Source of the DNA: a candidate division WOR-3 bacterium
Lineage (GTDB): Bacteria; Hydrothermota; Tepidihabitantia; SM23-42; JAOAFX01
Direction: 5' to 3'
Length of the DNA stretch: 29,744 bases
Assembly: GCA_039802265.1 (NCBI GenBank)
Contig: JBDRWI010000025.1
Coordinates: forward strand, 1 to 29,744
Of the stretch, positions 1-9,849 are shown piece by piece. Positions within the stretch are counted from its first letter, which is position 1. The number at the start of each line of letters is the position of its first letter. A program made the position numbers and the translations under genes. The notes beneath the pieces are model-generated. The model was not told where the DNA came from. It ran no database searches and saw only the letters and a program-made list of their open reading frames with translations.

Positions 1-209
1 CTGATGAAGAGCATACCGAAGTCCGCCTTTGGTATCAAGACCATGTAATCCAGATAGTACATTTGAAAGTTATCTAAAAATTAGGGCTGGGTGCGGGAGG
101 TAAGAACTATTTATCTGTAGCACCCAGCTTTTATTCATCCCATTATCAATTCCATCTACAATCTTAAAATAAAATTTTTATTCAGTTCACTTTTAATTTT
201 GACTTAACA
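1..209 (+). mobile_element. Right end of a probable insertion sequence (IS481/ISNCY-like): transposase C-terminus, hairpin and terminal repeat
   Basis: Frame 3 reads DEEHTEVRLWYQDHVIQIVHLKVI* (stop 75-77), resembling from memory the C-termini of such transposases. 185-209 GTTCACTTTTAATTTTGACTTAACA ends in ACA, matching the TGT...ACA termini of IS481-type elements. The left end is outside the window. Confidence 0.45.
83..131 (+). terminator. Hairpin just after the upstream ORF stop
   Basis: GCTGGGTGC (86-94) is the exact reverse complement of GCACCCAGC (120-128), extendable with G-U pairs and followed by TTTT. Confidence 0.5.
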
Positions 210-371
210 TACTCAGCGGACTGTGCTATTTTTGTTGATATTATTATTGTTCCTCAGGACCGGATTCGTCGCCAGATTGACAGGACTGAATCCCTAAATG
301 ACGAACGAATTATAATAACCAAAACGATTATCACAACCGTTGAACGATATTGTTACCCTGATTATCTCATA

Positions 372-399
372 TTGATTTTTAGGAAATATTGAATATAAT
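372..399 (+). promoter_or_regulatory. Sigma70-type promoter for the EF-G paralogue/lgt unit
   Basis: TTGATT (372-377), 16 nt, TATAAT (394-399). Confidence 0.55.
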
Positions 400-443
400 C
401 AGTAGTTAAAGGTTTAGCAAATATAAGACTTATGGTAAAGCAA

Positions 444-695
444 AAAAGGGATAGAAGGCTAAAGAGGGCTCAAGATGGCAGGATATGGGTTTAGGTTTTG
501 GTTTGGAGAAGAGATTAGTCTATTGGTTGTCGTTTGTTGGTTACTAAATCCGATAACTAAACCCTATCGCATTTCTAAACCGAAGCCGATGGCAAAATTC
601 TTTCTTATACTGGTGTTAGTGAGTGCCATTTTTGCCTTCTTGCCATTTATGCCATCTCTCACTTCTTAAGCCTTTTTGAGCCATCTTACCCTTTT
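444..695 (+). ncRNA. Putative structured 5' leader RNA (long nested hairpin)
   Basis: Nested stems 444-477/662-695 (28 of 34 paired), 494-509/572-587 (16 of 16 with G-U) and 523-532/551-560 (10 of 10 with G-U). The wobble pairs work only on the + strand. Confidence 0.55.
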
Positions 696-722
696 ATTTG
701 ATATATCCGAGGAGGTTTTTAT

Positions 723-2762
723 ATGGGAACAAAGGGCTTCAGGAATTTTGGTTTCTTCGGCCATGCTTCGTCTGGTAAGACAACAATTGCCGATGCCATA
801 CTGTTTCTTACCGGGGCAAACACGAGATTCGGTAAGGTCTCCGACGGAACGAGTGTATTTGACATAGACCCGGATGAACAAAAAAGGGGATGCAGTTTAA
901 CCCTGGGATTGGCGACATTTGACTATCAGGATATTACCTTTAATATAATTGATACCCCGGGATATGCCGATTTTATCGGTGAGGCACTCAGTGGTCTTGA
1001 GGCCGTTGACCTGGCAATCATTGTAATTGACGCCTCAGCAGGGATTGCCGTGGGTACCGAAAGAATTTTGCAGGAGGCTGAGAAGAAGAATCTACCGGTT
1101 CTTTTTTTCATCAACAAACTCAAGAAGGAAGACACCGATTTTTATACCATTCTCAGCGAAATTCCCAAAATCACTAAAAGGAAGGTCATCCCCTTCACTC
1201 TTCCAATCGGGAGCGCTGCAAAATTTGAAGGTGTCTTGGATATTATTGGTGGAAAGTCCTTTTTTACCCAAGAGGGAAGGGTGAGCGAAGAAAAGCCATC
1301 CGATGCACTTCAGAATGAATTGACTAAATATCGCGATTTATTAATTGAGACTGCGGCGGATCTGGATGATAATCTTATGAACCGATTTGTGGAGGGAGAG
1401 ACAATAACCATTGACGAGTGCCTGCCAGCAATAAAGAAGGGGATTATTGAACAAAAGGTTGCCCCCTGTCTGGGTGGTGACGCCTTAGAATTGATCGGTA
1501 TAAAAAACTTGATAGATGTAATAATTAATTTCTTTCCATCACCGGAGATGCTGCCTGATATTAAATTGGACGGCAAGTCGATAAAGAGGAGTTCAGATGC
1601 CCCATTTTTAGGTTATGTCTTCAAGACCGCGGTTGAACCGCATCTCGGTGAAATCTGCTATATCAGGGTTCTGAGTGGAAAGGCCGGCTTCGGCGAAGTC
1701 GTTAATAATACTACAAAGAATATAGAAGAAAAGTTAAACCAGATTTATATCATCAAAGGGAAAGAGAAAAAAGAGACAAATCTCTTGGTCAGTGGTATGA
1801 TTGCCGGGCTTGTAAAGTTGAAAGACACCCATACCGGCGATACACTAACCAAGACGGATATCAAACTTCCCCCCATAGCATTTCCGCCACCGGCAATCTC
1901 GATGGCAATAATGCCCAAGGCAAAAGGTGATGAAGAAAAGATTTCTAATGGATTAAATAAATTAAGGAGCGAAGACCCTACATTCCAGTTTACCTATGAC
2001 CATGAGATTAAACAGTTGATTATCTCGGGAATAGGCGAATTGCATCTTGATGTCATCCTGGCAAGGCTTGCGCGTAAGTATAATGTAAGTGTAGAACTCG
2101 CCCGCCCTAAGATAAAATATCGCGAGACCTTCACAAAAAAGACTGAGGCACAGGGTAAATACAAAAAACAGACCGGGGGACACGGACAGTATGGCGATTG
2201 CTGGCTCAGGGTTGAACCCTTACCCCGGGGAAAGGGAATTGAATTTGCCGATGAAATCTTTGGTGGGGCAATACCATCCCGCTATATCCCATCGGTAGAG
2301 AAGGGAGTTCGCGAGGCACTGGATAAAGGTTTCCTTGCGGGCTATCCAATTACCGATGTCAAGGTTACAGTCTATGACGGTTCATATCACCCGGTAGATT
2401 CCTCAGATATTGCGTTTCAGATAGCCGCATCAATGGCAATCAGGGCCAATGCTGAAAAAGGAAATGTGGTATTGTTAGAACCGATTATGGAGGTTGAGGT
2501 ATATGTACCCGAGGAATTTATGGGTGATGTAATTGGCGATTTGAATAGTAGAAGAGGAAAGATAATGGGTATGGAAGGCATAGGGAAGATTCAGGTAATA
2601 AAGGCATTGGTACCTGAGGCGGAGATGTATAAGTATTCAACAAGCCTCCGTTCAATGACTCAGGGCCGTGGATACTTTGCGATGAAGTTTCACCATTATG
2701 AGGAGGTACCGAAAGAACTCACCCAGCGAATTATAGAAGAGGCAAAACGCGAGGCAAAATGA
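723..2762 (+). CDS. fusA: Elongation factor G paralogue (EF-G2-like)
   Basis: 679 aa; GHASSGKTT, DTPGYADF, GIGELHL, KKQTGGHGQYG, GSYHPVDSS, LRSMTQGRG; GGAGG SD at 711-715; not within the str operon. Confidence 0.93.
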   Translation: MGTKGFRNFGFFGHASSGKTTIADAILFLTGANTRFGKVSDGTSVFDIDPDEQKRGCSLTLGLATFDYQDITFNIIDTPGYADFIGEALSGLEAVDLAIIVIDASAGIAVGTERILQEAEKKNLPVLFFINKLKKEDTDFYTILSEIPKITKRKVIPFTLPIGSAAKFEGVLDIIGGKSFFTQEGRVSEEKPSDALQNELTKYRDLLIETAADLDDNLMNRFVEGETITIDECLPAIKKGIIEQKVAPCLGGDALELIGIKNLIDVIINFFPSPEMLPDIKLDGKSIKRSSDAPFLGYVFKTAVEPHLGEICYIRVLSGKAGFGEVVNNTTKNIEEKLNQIYIIKGKEKKETNLLVSGMIAGLVKLKDTHTGDTLTKTDIKLPPIAFPPPAISMAIMPKAKGDEEKISNGLNKLRSEDPTFQFTYDHEIKQLIISGIGELHLDVILARLARKYNVSVELARPKIKYRETFTKKTEAQGKYKKQTGGHGQYGDCWLRVEPLPRGKGIEFADEIFGGAIPSRYIPSVEKGVREALDKGFLAGYPITDVKVTVYDGSYHPVDSSDIAFQIAASMAIRANAEKGNVVLLEPIMEVEVYVPEEFMGDVIGDLNSRRGKIMGMEGIGKIQVIKALVPEAEMYKYSTSLRSMTQGRGYFAMKFHHYEEVPKELTQRIIEEAKREAK

Positions 2763-3511
2763 GGCCGGTCCTGATTAAATTTGATGGGTTTGGTATCCCT
2801 TCTTATGGAACAATGCTTGTTATCTCTTTTATTGTGGCATTGTTTCTTGTGAAAAGGAGCGCAAAAAAATATGCCATTTCACCGATAATTATTGAAAACC
2901 TTGCATTCTGGATAATGGTTGGTGTAATAATTGGTGGAAGGATACTTTATGTTCTATTTCATCTCAAAGAATTTTCTGATTTTGTAAGTATCTTTGAAAT
3001 CTGGAATGGTGGGATGATGTTCTTTGGTGGATTTATTGGCGCATTTCTGGCCGGTTTGCTCTATGTGCGAAAAGAGGGTTTGGATGTTTTACTCCTTGCC
3101 GATATTGTAAGCCCGGCAATTGCCCTGGGTGAGTTCTTTACCCGCATTGGTTGCTTTTTAAATGGCTGTTGCTTTGGCCGGCCTACCTCCCTGCCCTGGG
3201 GCGTGCGCTTTCCCCCTAATTCATTTGCGGATATTGCGGGTTTAGATTGCCCTTTACATCCTACCCAGCTCTATTCTTCGCTCTTTGGTCTTTTGCTTTT
3301 CCTCTTTCTCCAGCAAATGTTAAATCGGGGTTATCGGCGGGGTGGGGTCTTTTCGCTCTTTTTGATCTTCTATGGTGGATTTAGATTTGGGATTGATTTT
3401 ATCCGCTATTATGAGGACCTGCCCAATTTTATCATCAATCAGGCGATTTCTCTGACGGTCGCGTTGATAGGAGTTTTCCTTTTACTCCGAACAGGTAAAT
3501 CGGTAAGATAG
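2759..3511 (+). CDS. lgt: Prolipoprotein diacylglyceryl transferase
   Basis: GGRILYV, GGMMFFGG, RIGCFLNGCCFG and HPTQLY motifs; multiple TM segments; ATGA overlap with the upstream gene. Confidence 0.95.
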   Translation: MRPVLIKFDGFGIPSYGTMLVISFIVALFLVKRSAKKYAISPIIIENLAFWIMVGVIIGGRILYVLFHLKEFSDFVSIFEIWNGGMMFFGGFIGAFLAGLLYVRKEGLDVLLLADIVSPAIALGEFFTRIGCFLNGCCFGRPTSLPWGVRFPPNSFADIAGLDCPLHPTQLYSSLFGLLLFLFLQQMLNRGYRRGGVFSLFLIFYGGFRFGIDFIRYYEDLPNFIINQAISLTVALIGVFLLLRTGKSVR

Positions 3512-3629
3512 AAAATTTTTTGCCACAAACCAACCCTCGCTATCATTCGGATAAATATGATGCTGCTCTTTACCGCTGTAAGCGAGGAACCCTTTTTGCA
3601 AACGCTCATCAGGCCTTTGGTTCTAAGTT

Positions 3630-4916
3630 TCAAGGGTTTGTGCCAACTGAAATTGGCCAGGAGAGGAAAAAACCCTGACCGTAGTTTATGCCAATTTCCT
3701 TTATAAATTTCAGCTCTTGCACATTTTCAATGCCTTCAGCAATAATTGTGGAATTAATTTTACGGGCAAATTCAACAAATGAGCGAGCAAGTTCCTGTCT
3801 AATCAAATTTTTATCAATGTCTCTGACCAGCGTACGGTCGTATTTCAAATAATCCGGTGTGATTTCACTTATCCTTTCCAGCGTTGAATAGCCAATTCCA
3901 ACATCATCAAGGGCAATCTTTATCCCATAACTTTTGGTCCGATGAATAATCTGATGATACATAGCATAATCGGGAATGGCAAATTTTTCAGTAATCTCAA
4001 TAACCAGATTATTTTTCAAATTCAGATTTACAATCTTTTGGACAAATTCATTATCAATCAATTGAGGGATCAAAATGGGTGTGATATTTATAAATAAAAA
4101 TTTAAAAGGCGGTAAATTTTTGGCATTACTTATTGCCTTATCTAAGCATAGCCTTTCAACCTGAAATAGCAAATTACTCTTGGCCGCAAAGGCAAAGATT
4201 GTATCAGGGTCTTCAAAGTATGAACCTACAGGACCCCGGGCCAGTGCCTCGTAGCCGAAAAGAGAATTATCCAGGAGATTATATATCGGCTGATAGACAA
4301 TGGAGATATCCTGACGCTGGATAATTTGCTGTAATTTTATATAAAGATTTCTTTCTCTTAATTTTTCTTTAAAATGAGCGGCGTATTTTAGTTCTTCAAT
4401 CGTCTGATAGATGAGACGCTCAGTCCTTACCATCGGGTCAAAATATATCATTCCACAACCATAGTGAAAATCAATCCTTTCTCTGACTTCAGCATAAAGG
4501 AATTCTGCCTTCAGTTTTTGAAATTTTTCACTGAATCGTGCCAACACACTCTCCAGATATTCCCTGCCAATCTTTGCACCGCTCATTGTGCGGTTTAAAA
4601 AGACAAAAAAACCATCGCCAGCGGTTGAAGAGATGGTAACCAAGGCGGTGCGGGGAATTAACCTACCTATTTCTCCGAGGACACAGATTGTAAACTGTTT
4701 GACCAGTTCATCATATATCTCCCAGCCAAAGATTGGCTCAATTCTGGGTTCATCACCAACCGCTAAATAAATTACACCGATGGTCCTCTCCTCTTCAACA
4801 ATTTTTTTTAACTCATCAAAGACAGCATAAAGAGTGGGCAAGCCGCTTGCGCGGTCATATAGTGAGGCACGAAACTTATACCATTCCGCCTGAATTCTTT
4901 GAAATTCCCCGTGCAT
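3630..4916 (-). CDS. EAL-domain c-di-GMP phosphodiesterase with degenerate N-terminal GGDEF-like domain
   Basis: YQPI, YEALAR, IEITE, LDDVGIGYS, AEGIE and GQGFF motifs; N-terminal LYDRASGLPT, with AGDGF in place of GGDEF. Confidence 0.9.
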   Translation of the reverse strand: MHGEFQRIQAEWYKFRASLYDRASGLPTLYAVFDELKKIVEEERTIGVIYLAVGDEPRIEPIFGWEIYDELVKQFTICVLGEIGRLIPRTALVTISSTAGDGFFVFLNRTMSGAKIGREYLESVLARFSEKFQKLKAEFLYAEVRERIDFHYGCGMIYFDPMVRTERLIYQTIEELKYAAHFKEKLRERNLYIKLQQIIQRQDISIVYQPIYNLLDNSLFGYEALARGPVGSYFEDPDTIFAFAAKSNLLFQVERLCLDKAISNAKNLPPFKFLFINITPILIPQLIDNEFVQKIVNLNLKNNLVIEITEKFAIPDYAMYHQIIHRTKSYGIKIALDDVGIGYSTLERISEITPDYLKYDRTLVRDIDKNLIRQELARSFVEFARKINSTIIAEGIENVQELKFIKEIGINYGQGFFLSWPISVGTNP

Positions 4917-5299
4917 TATTTAGTTTGCTCCAGATATTTAAATAACTGCTGAATACGCTGTAGCAACTGGTCGGCGGTAAACGGCTTGCAGATATAATCA
5001 ACCGCGCCTTCTTTCAAACCGATAACCTTGTCCTGGGCATCAACCCGGGCAGTTAACATCGCCACCGGGATATTTTTCAAAGCCTCGCTTGTCCGCATCA
5101 TCTTTATCATCTGCCAGCCATCAATCCCGGGGAGCATGATATCTAATAATAAAAGGTCAATCTTATGGCTATTTAATATCGCCAGCCCCTCATTTACATC
5201 GTGGGCAGTAAAGACTGTATAACCGGCATCCTTTAATACCCTGCCCACAAAATCAAGGATGTCTTCCTCATCATCGACTATCAGAATATTTTTTGACAT
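4916..5299 (-). CDS. Single-domain response regulator (receiver only)
   Basis: ILIVDDE, LLLDIMLPGIDG, MLTA, DYICKPF; 127 aa with no output domain. Confidence 0.95.
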   Translation of the reverse strand: MSKNILIVDDEEDILDFVGRVLKDAGYTVFTAHDVNEGLAILNSHKIDLLLLDIMLPGIDGWQMIKMMRTSEALKNIPVAMLTARVDAQDKVIGLKEGAVDYICKPFTADQLLQRIQQLFKYLEQTK

Positions 5300-6776
5300 T
5301 TTCTACCTCCTGGGGAATGATGAATTTTAAAATTACCAATCCCTTCTGGTTTTCAGCCCAGATTCTACCTTGATGTGCCTCAATAATATTTCGCGCAATG
5401 GCAAGTCCAAGACCGAATCCGCCATACCTTCTGGCGGTTCCGGTGTCAACCTGATAAAAAGGCTCAAAAATTTTTTTGAGTTTAGAGCGGGGAATCTCGT
5501 CACTCTGATTGCTGATGATAAACTGGAAGTATCTTGTGTCCTTTTCGGTGTAGTTAAGAGTGGATATTTTAACTTCACCACCTATCTGGGAAAATTTTAC
5601 TGCATTGGCAATCAAATTTTCAAAGACTGTACGGAGATGTTCCTTATCTGCGAACAATTCCAGGGTCTTAAAATCAAAATTTAATTTGAGATTTTTATTT
5701 TTAATGTCCGGGGCAAAGTCAACAACAATGGAATCAATTATCTCCTTAACTGAAAACCGCCGGGGCGATAATTTAATACCTTCCAGAGAAAACCTGGATA
5801 GTTGAATCAGTGAGTGGATTTCCTTATTTAACCGCTCCATATTTCTCCTGATGACTTCGAGGCCATGTAGCTGCTCCGGATTTAATGTGCCGAGTTTCTG
5901 TTTAAGCAAATAATCAATGTAGCCCATTGAGGCAGTAAGGGGTGTTCTCAACTCGTGTGAGAAATTGGCAAGAAATTGAGTCTTCTGTTCATCCCTTTTC
6001 TTTAACTCATTCACGAGATTTTTAAGTTCCCGCACATCTTTTCTAATCTCTTCAGTCATAAGATTGAATGTCTTTGCCAGTTCTTCAAATTCATCACCGG
6101 TTTTGATTGAAACAATTCTTGAGAAGTCACCTTTGGCTATTTCCCTTGCTGCATCTTGCAGGACACGGAGGTGTACGGTGATTCGGTTGGCAAAGATGGT
6201 CACAATTATTGACCCCAAAATGATGAAACACACTGCGATGAGAATACTGTTTTTAATTGCCTCACCAATGCTTGTGGAAAGGCGTTCGAGCGAGAAGTAA
6301 TATATGATAGAAACACTGTGGACACCATATTCATCAAGATAGGGCGAGATTATCGTCAGGTCCTTTCCAACTTTTTCTTTTATTTCCAGTTTCTTAATAT
6401 TTTTAGTAATAAAAGAGTCTGTCTCCGTTTGTAAATTCAGAGTAACGATCGGAAATTTGTTCTGTTCGAACTCCTTTGAACTGTAGTAGATATTACCCGA
6501 CGGGTCAATAATCTTTATTTCCTTTAAGTCGGGATTCAATTTGGTTTGATAGATGATTATCTCACGGAATTTAAAAAAAGCCGATTTATAATAGCGCACA
6601 AAGGCATCACCGATTTTGTCGGTTGTCAATATCACATAATTTGTGGCATTACCAATGATGTCGTGTTTCAATTCCTTCACTCGATTTAAAATGTGAACGA
6701 TTGTAATGGTGGTGATAAGCACGATAATAGAAAAATTCGTAAGAATATAAACTTTATTTCTGAAGGTGAGTTTCAT
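5271..6776 (-). CDS. Membrane sensor histidine kinase with HAMP domain
   Basis: Two TM segments flanking a periplasmic domain; HAMP (IAKGDFS...DEFEELAKTFNLM); H-box SHELRTPLT; N-box NLIANAVKFS; F-box IFEPFYQ; G2 GFGLGLAI. Confidence 0.95.
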   Translation of the reverse strand: MKLTFRNKVYILTNFSIIVLITTITIVHILNRVKELKHDIIGNATNYVILTTDKIGDAFVRYYKSAFFKFREIIIYQTKLNPDLKEIKIIDPSGNIYYSSKEFEQNKFPIVTLNLQTETDSFITKNIKKLEIKEKVGKDLTIISPYLDEYGVHSVSIIYYFSLERLSTSIGEAIKNSILIAVCFIILGSIIVTIFANRITVHLRVLQDAAREIAKGDFSRIVSIKTGDEFEELAKTFNLMTEEIRKDVRELKNLVNELKKRDEQKTQFLANFSHELRTPLTASMGYIDYLLKQKLGTLNPEQLHGLEVIRRNMERLNKEIHSLIQLSRFSLEGIKLSPRRFSVKEIIDSIVVDFAPDIKNKNLKLNFDFKTLELFADKEHLRTVFENLIANAVKFSQIGGEVKISTLNYTEKDTRYFQFIISNQSDEIPRSKLKKIFEPFYQVDTGTARRYGGFGLGLAIARNIIEAHQGRIWAENQKGLVILKFIIPQEVENVKKYSDSR

Positions 6777-8317
6777 TTATATTCAATTTCTGCAAGACGA
6801 ATCTGCTGGTCCAAACGGGGATGCCATTTTATGTTTCTACTCACTCCATAAACACGCGGCTCCCAGACGACCGGAATTGAAGGTAAGTCCGCAAGCAGTT
6901 GTTTTTGAATTTCTCTTATATACCTAAGGCGCGTATCAGGGTCCGGGGTCTTAATTACTTTATTGATGAGTGAGTCTACCATATAATTTGAATAGCCATT
7001 TAGATTCATTAAACCCATCCCCTTCTCCGGGCAATGGGAATGAAAGGAATTTATAATTGTGGAGTTAAAACCGTCAAGTGAGGTATTGATATAAGATATT
7101 AAGTAGCAATCAAGGGTCCCTTCCTCAATGCCTTTCCAGTATTCCTCAGAACTGAGCGCAAGCTCATAGACCCCAATCCCTATGTCTCTTAAATTTTTCG
7201 CAATAAACTTACCTACCGCTTCCACGCTCTGGGCATAGGCAAATTTGATGCTTATCTTCGGAATAAGATTTTTGATAAGTTTTTGCGCTTCAGTGGGATT
7301 ATAGAAAAGAGGAGGAAAATCTACTGCATAACCAATAAATCCCATAGGTATGTACTGATTTGCTGGTAATGCATTATTTTTGTATAATTCACGAACGAGC
7401 CCGGCGCGGTCAATTGCCAGATTTAGCGCCTGACGAAATTGTAAGATATTAAAAGGAAATTTGTTGAGGTTGTACTCTAATTGCCTTGCTACTACACTCG
7501 GGGCAAGTAAGATTTTAAGGGAATCCCCAAGGGACTGTATCACCTCAAGGGGTAGGCCATAGGCAATGTCTGCCTGATTATTTTTGATTAGTCTGATTCT
7601 TTCAGAAAGTTCGGGTACGAATTTAAAAATTCCCTTTTTTATCTTGGGTGCTTTGTCCCAGTAATCTTGATTTACCGCACAGACAATTGAGTCCCTATAA
7701 ATATTTAGAACCCGGTAAGGTCCAGAGCCGGTGGGTTTATTTTCAAAGTCACTGAAATTATCCGGGACGATAGCCAGATTGGTGAGGTGATTCATTAAAT
7801 AGTAATAGGGAAATCTTGTTTTAATCAGAATGGTTCCGTTTGAGCCAGTCACTGTATCAACAATCATTCGGAGGTCTTTCATCTCTGAACCCGGAAGTTT
7901 GAAGACCCGATATAAAGAATAGATAACATCCTGCTCGGTCAGTGGTTTTTGGTTATGAAATTTTACCCCTTTTCTCAATGCTATCTCCCAGGTTAGACTG
8001 TCAAGCATTGTCCAGTTTTCAGCCAGTTTTGGAACTAATTTGAGGTGGGGGTCATAGTCAACCAGACATTCATAGACATTGCATAAGATTGAAAGGGTAA
8101 CGATTTCACTCCTTAGATGCGGGTCAAGGGTGCGCGGAGGACGGTCATAGAGGATAATAACCGAATCATGTTTTTGCGGGGCACAGGTGATTACAGACAA
8201 AGAGACAAAGAGACAGAGAGGCCGAAAGCCAAAGGAAAAAAATCGAACAATTTTGGTTAAATGGTTAAACAAAAGCATCTTCTCAACCCAAATCCTTAAA
8301 CTATTTTTCATCATCAA
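6773..8317 (-). CDS. Family-5 (Opp/Dpp/NikA-like) solute-binding lipoprotein, copy 2
   Basis: TLDPH, VYECLV, LRKGVKFHN, PTGSGPY and RQALNLAIDR; lipobox-like VITC after a hydrophobic stretch. Exact start uncertain. Confidence 0.9.
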   Translation of the reverse strand: MMMKNSLRIWVEKMLLFNHLTKIVRFFSFGFRPLCLFVSLSVITCAPQKHDSVIILYDRPPRTLDPHLRSEIVTLSILCNVYECLVDYDPHLKLVPKLAENWTMLDSLTWEIALRKGVKFHNQKPLTEQDVIYSLYRVFKLPGSEMKDLRMIVDTVTGSNGTILIKTRFPYYYLMNHLTNLAIVPDNFSDFENKPTGSGPYRVLNIYRDSIVCAVNQDYWDKAPKIKKGIFKFVPELSERIRLIKNNQADIAYGLPLEVIQSLGDSLKILLAPSVVARQLEYNLNKFPFNILQFRQALNLAIDRAGLVRELYKNNALPANQYIPMGFIGYAVDFPPLFYNPTEAQKLIKNLIPKISIKFAYAQSVEAVGKFIAKNLRDIGIGVYELALSSEEYWKGIEEGTLDCYLISYINTSLDGFNSTIINSFHSHCPEKGMGLMNLNGYSNYMVDSLINKVIKTPDPDTRLRYIREIQKQLLADLPSIPVVWEPRVYGVSRNIKWHPRLDQQIRLAEIEYK

Positions 8318-9845
8318 CGAAGTTTAATCTCTTTCACAATAATTTGCTCATCAAGTCTTGGATTCCAGTCAATGCGCCTGGATATTCCATAAATCTCTTT
8401 TTCCCAGACAATTGGAATTTTGGGTAAATCTGAGAGGATAATCCCCTGTGCTTCAATCAAAAGTTGGGTTGTCCTCTTCAGGTCAGGAATTCTCATCATC
8501 TCTTCAATCAAACTATCCACTTTGCGATTCGAATATCCCGTGCGATTTTGCATACCCAGACCGGTTTGCGGCTGGTGGGTATGGAACGAACTCTTCATCG
8601 TAGTAACCCCTTCATTGGAGGTTGGGACTGAACCGATGAGATAAAAATCGGATGAATGACTTTCAATCTTCTGCCAGAAATTTTCGGCTGGTAATGGATT
8701 AACCTTTATCTTCAATCCAACCCGGGTAAGGTCATCGGTTATCGCCCGTCCGATGAATTCTCGGACCTGGGCGAAGTCAAATTCAATTTCAGGTAGCGGC
8801 TCTAAACTCTTTATAATTTTTCGTGCACTATCAGGATTGTAGGTGAATGAAGGAAGGGCGAAGTCAAAGCCAAAAAGTCCCTGAGAAATGAACTGATTGG
8901 CGGGCGTTGCATATCCCAGGTAGACTTCCCTAACCAGTCTTTCCCTATTTAGGGCAAGGTTAATTGCCTGACGAAATTCCTTTCTGTTGAAAGGAAATCT
9001 ATTTAAATTCATCTCTAAATATCTTGTTGCTACACCTTCTGTAGCAATTACCCGGCCGGCGTCTTTCAACTCTTGTAGCATATCAAGTGGTATAAAGGTA
9101 ATGATATCGGCAAGATTGTTTTTTAAGAGTGCAATGCGCTGTTGTGCCTGGGGTACAAAACTGAATCGGACCACTTTTATGGGTATATCCTTCTCCCGGT
9201 ATCCTTGAAAATATCTCAGAGTTATTCCGTTTGAATCATTTTTAAAATAATAATAAGCACCGGTACCACAGGGGGGAGCAGTCTGGGGGTCAAAATTTTC
9301 CGGAACGATGAATACAGCTGAGAGGTCATAAAGTAAAAGGGCATATGGTTTTTTCAATTTTATGACCAACTTGAGACTATCTTCAATTAGTATAGTATCA
9401 AGATAATCACGAAAGTATGCATATTCTGATTCTGGCAATTTTATTGTTCGATACAGTGAATAGTGTACATCGCGGGTCGTTAATTCTTTATGATTATGAA
9501 ACTCCACATTCGGACGCAGATAAAATCGCATAGCGAGGCTATCAATATTCTCCCAGTAGTCAGCAAGGCAGGGGGTCATCTTCATATTGGCGTCAAAGGC
9601 AATCAGGGTTTCATAGATATTTCCTAAAATAGAAATTGTTACAATCTCCCGTCTTAAGTGAGGGTCAAGATTCAAGGGTGGTGCGTCATAGACAATGGTT
9701 ATAGCCTCCTCCTTTGGCGCACATGTTAATAGACCAGTGACAAAAAGACTGAAGGATAGGGCGATAAATAGAAACGGTTTGGTTATTGGGATAGGGTTGA
9801 GATGCTTGTCTTTTTTAAACATTTGAATAATTACATTTAACCAAA
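8252..9845. repeat. Imperfect ~45-55 bp inverted repeat pair (8252-8295 and 9789-9845) bracketing SBP copy 1
   Basis: TTTGGTTAAATG 8252-8263 / CATTTAACCAAA 9834-9845; AAGCATCT 8273-8280 / AGATGCTT 9800-9807; TCTCAACCC 8281-8289 / GGGTTGAGA 9794-9802. Confidence 0.7.
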
Positions 9846-9849
9846 TCAA
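8314..9849 (-). CDS. Family-5 solute-binding lipoprotein, copy 1
   Basis: NLDPH, IYETLI, LRPNVEFHN, PCGTGAY and RQAINLALNR; lipobox-like LLTC. Start is either TTG at 9849 or ATG at 9822. Confidence 0.9.
   Translation of the reverse strand: MIWLNVIIQMFKKDKHLNPIPITKPFLFIALSFSLFVTGLLTCAPKEEAITIVYDAPPLNLDPHLRREIVTISILGNIYETLIAFDANMKMTPCLADYWENIDSLAMRFYLRPNVEFHNHKELTTRDVHYSLYRTIKLPESEYAYFRDYLDTILIEDSLKLVIKLKKPYALLLYDLSAVFIVPENFDPQTAPPCGTGAYYYFKNDSNGITLRYFQGYREKDIPIKVVRFSFVPQAQQRIALLKNNLADIITFIPLDMLQELKDAGRVIATEGVATRYLEMNLNRFPFNRKEFRQAINLALNRERLVREVYLGYATPANQFISQGLFGFDFALPSFTYNPDSARKIIKSLEPLPEIEFDFAQVREFIGRAITDDLTRVGLKIKVNPLPAENFWQKIESHSSDFYLIGSVPTSNEGVTTMKSSFHTHQPQTGLGMQNRTGYSNRKVDSLIEEMMRIPDLKRTTQLLIEAQGIILSDLPKIPIVWEKEIYGISRRIDWNPRLDEQIIVKEIKLR

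Noticed and set aside
210..392. Open frame (…DIIIVPQDRIRRQ…) between the IS end and the promoter
   Set aside because: No convincing start or recognisable motif; may be a gene remnant but cannot be supported.
475..669. 64-aa hydrophobic ORF in the EF-G leader
   Set aside because: Its composition is explained by the repeat/hairpin arms; no clear SD or family motif.
3575..3620. Hammerhead-like CTGATGAG core on the minus strand after the EAL gene
   Set aside because: The required GAAA is replaced by AAAAA, and the flanking stems are only 2-4 bp.
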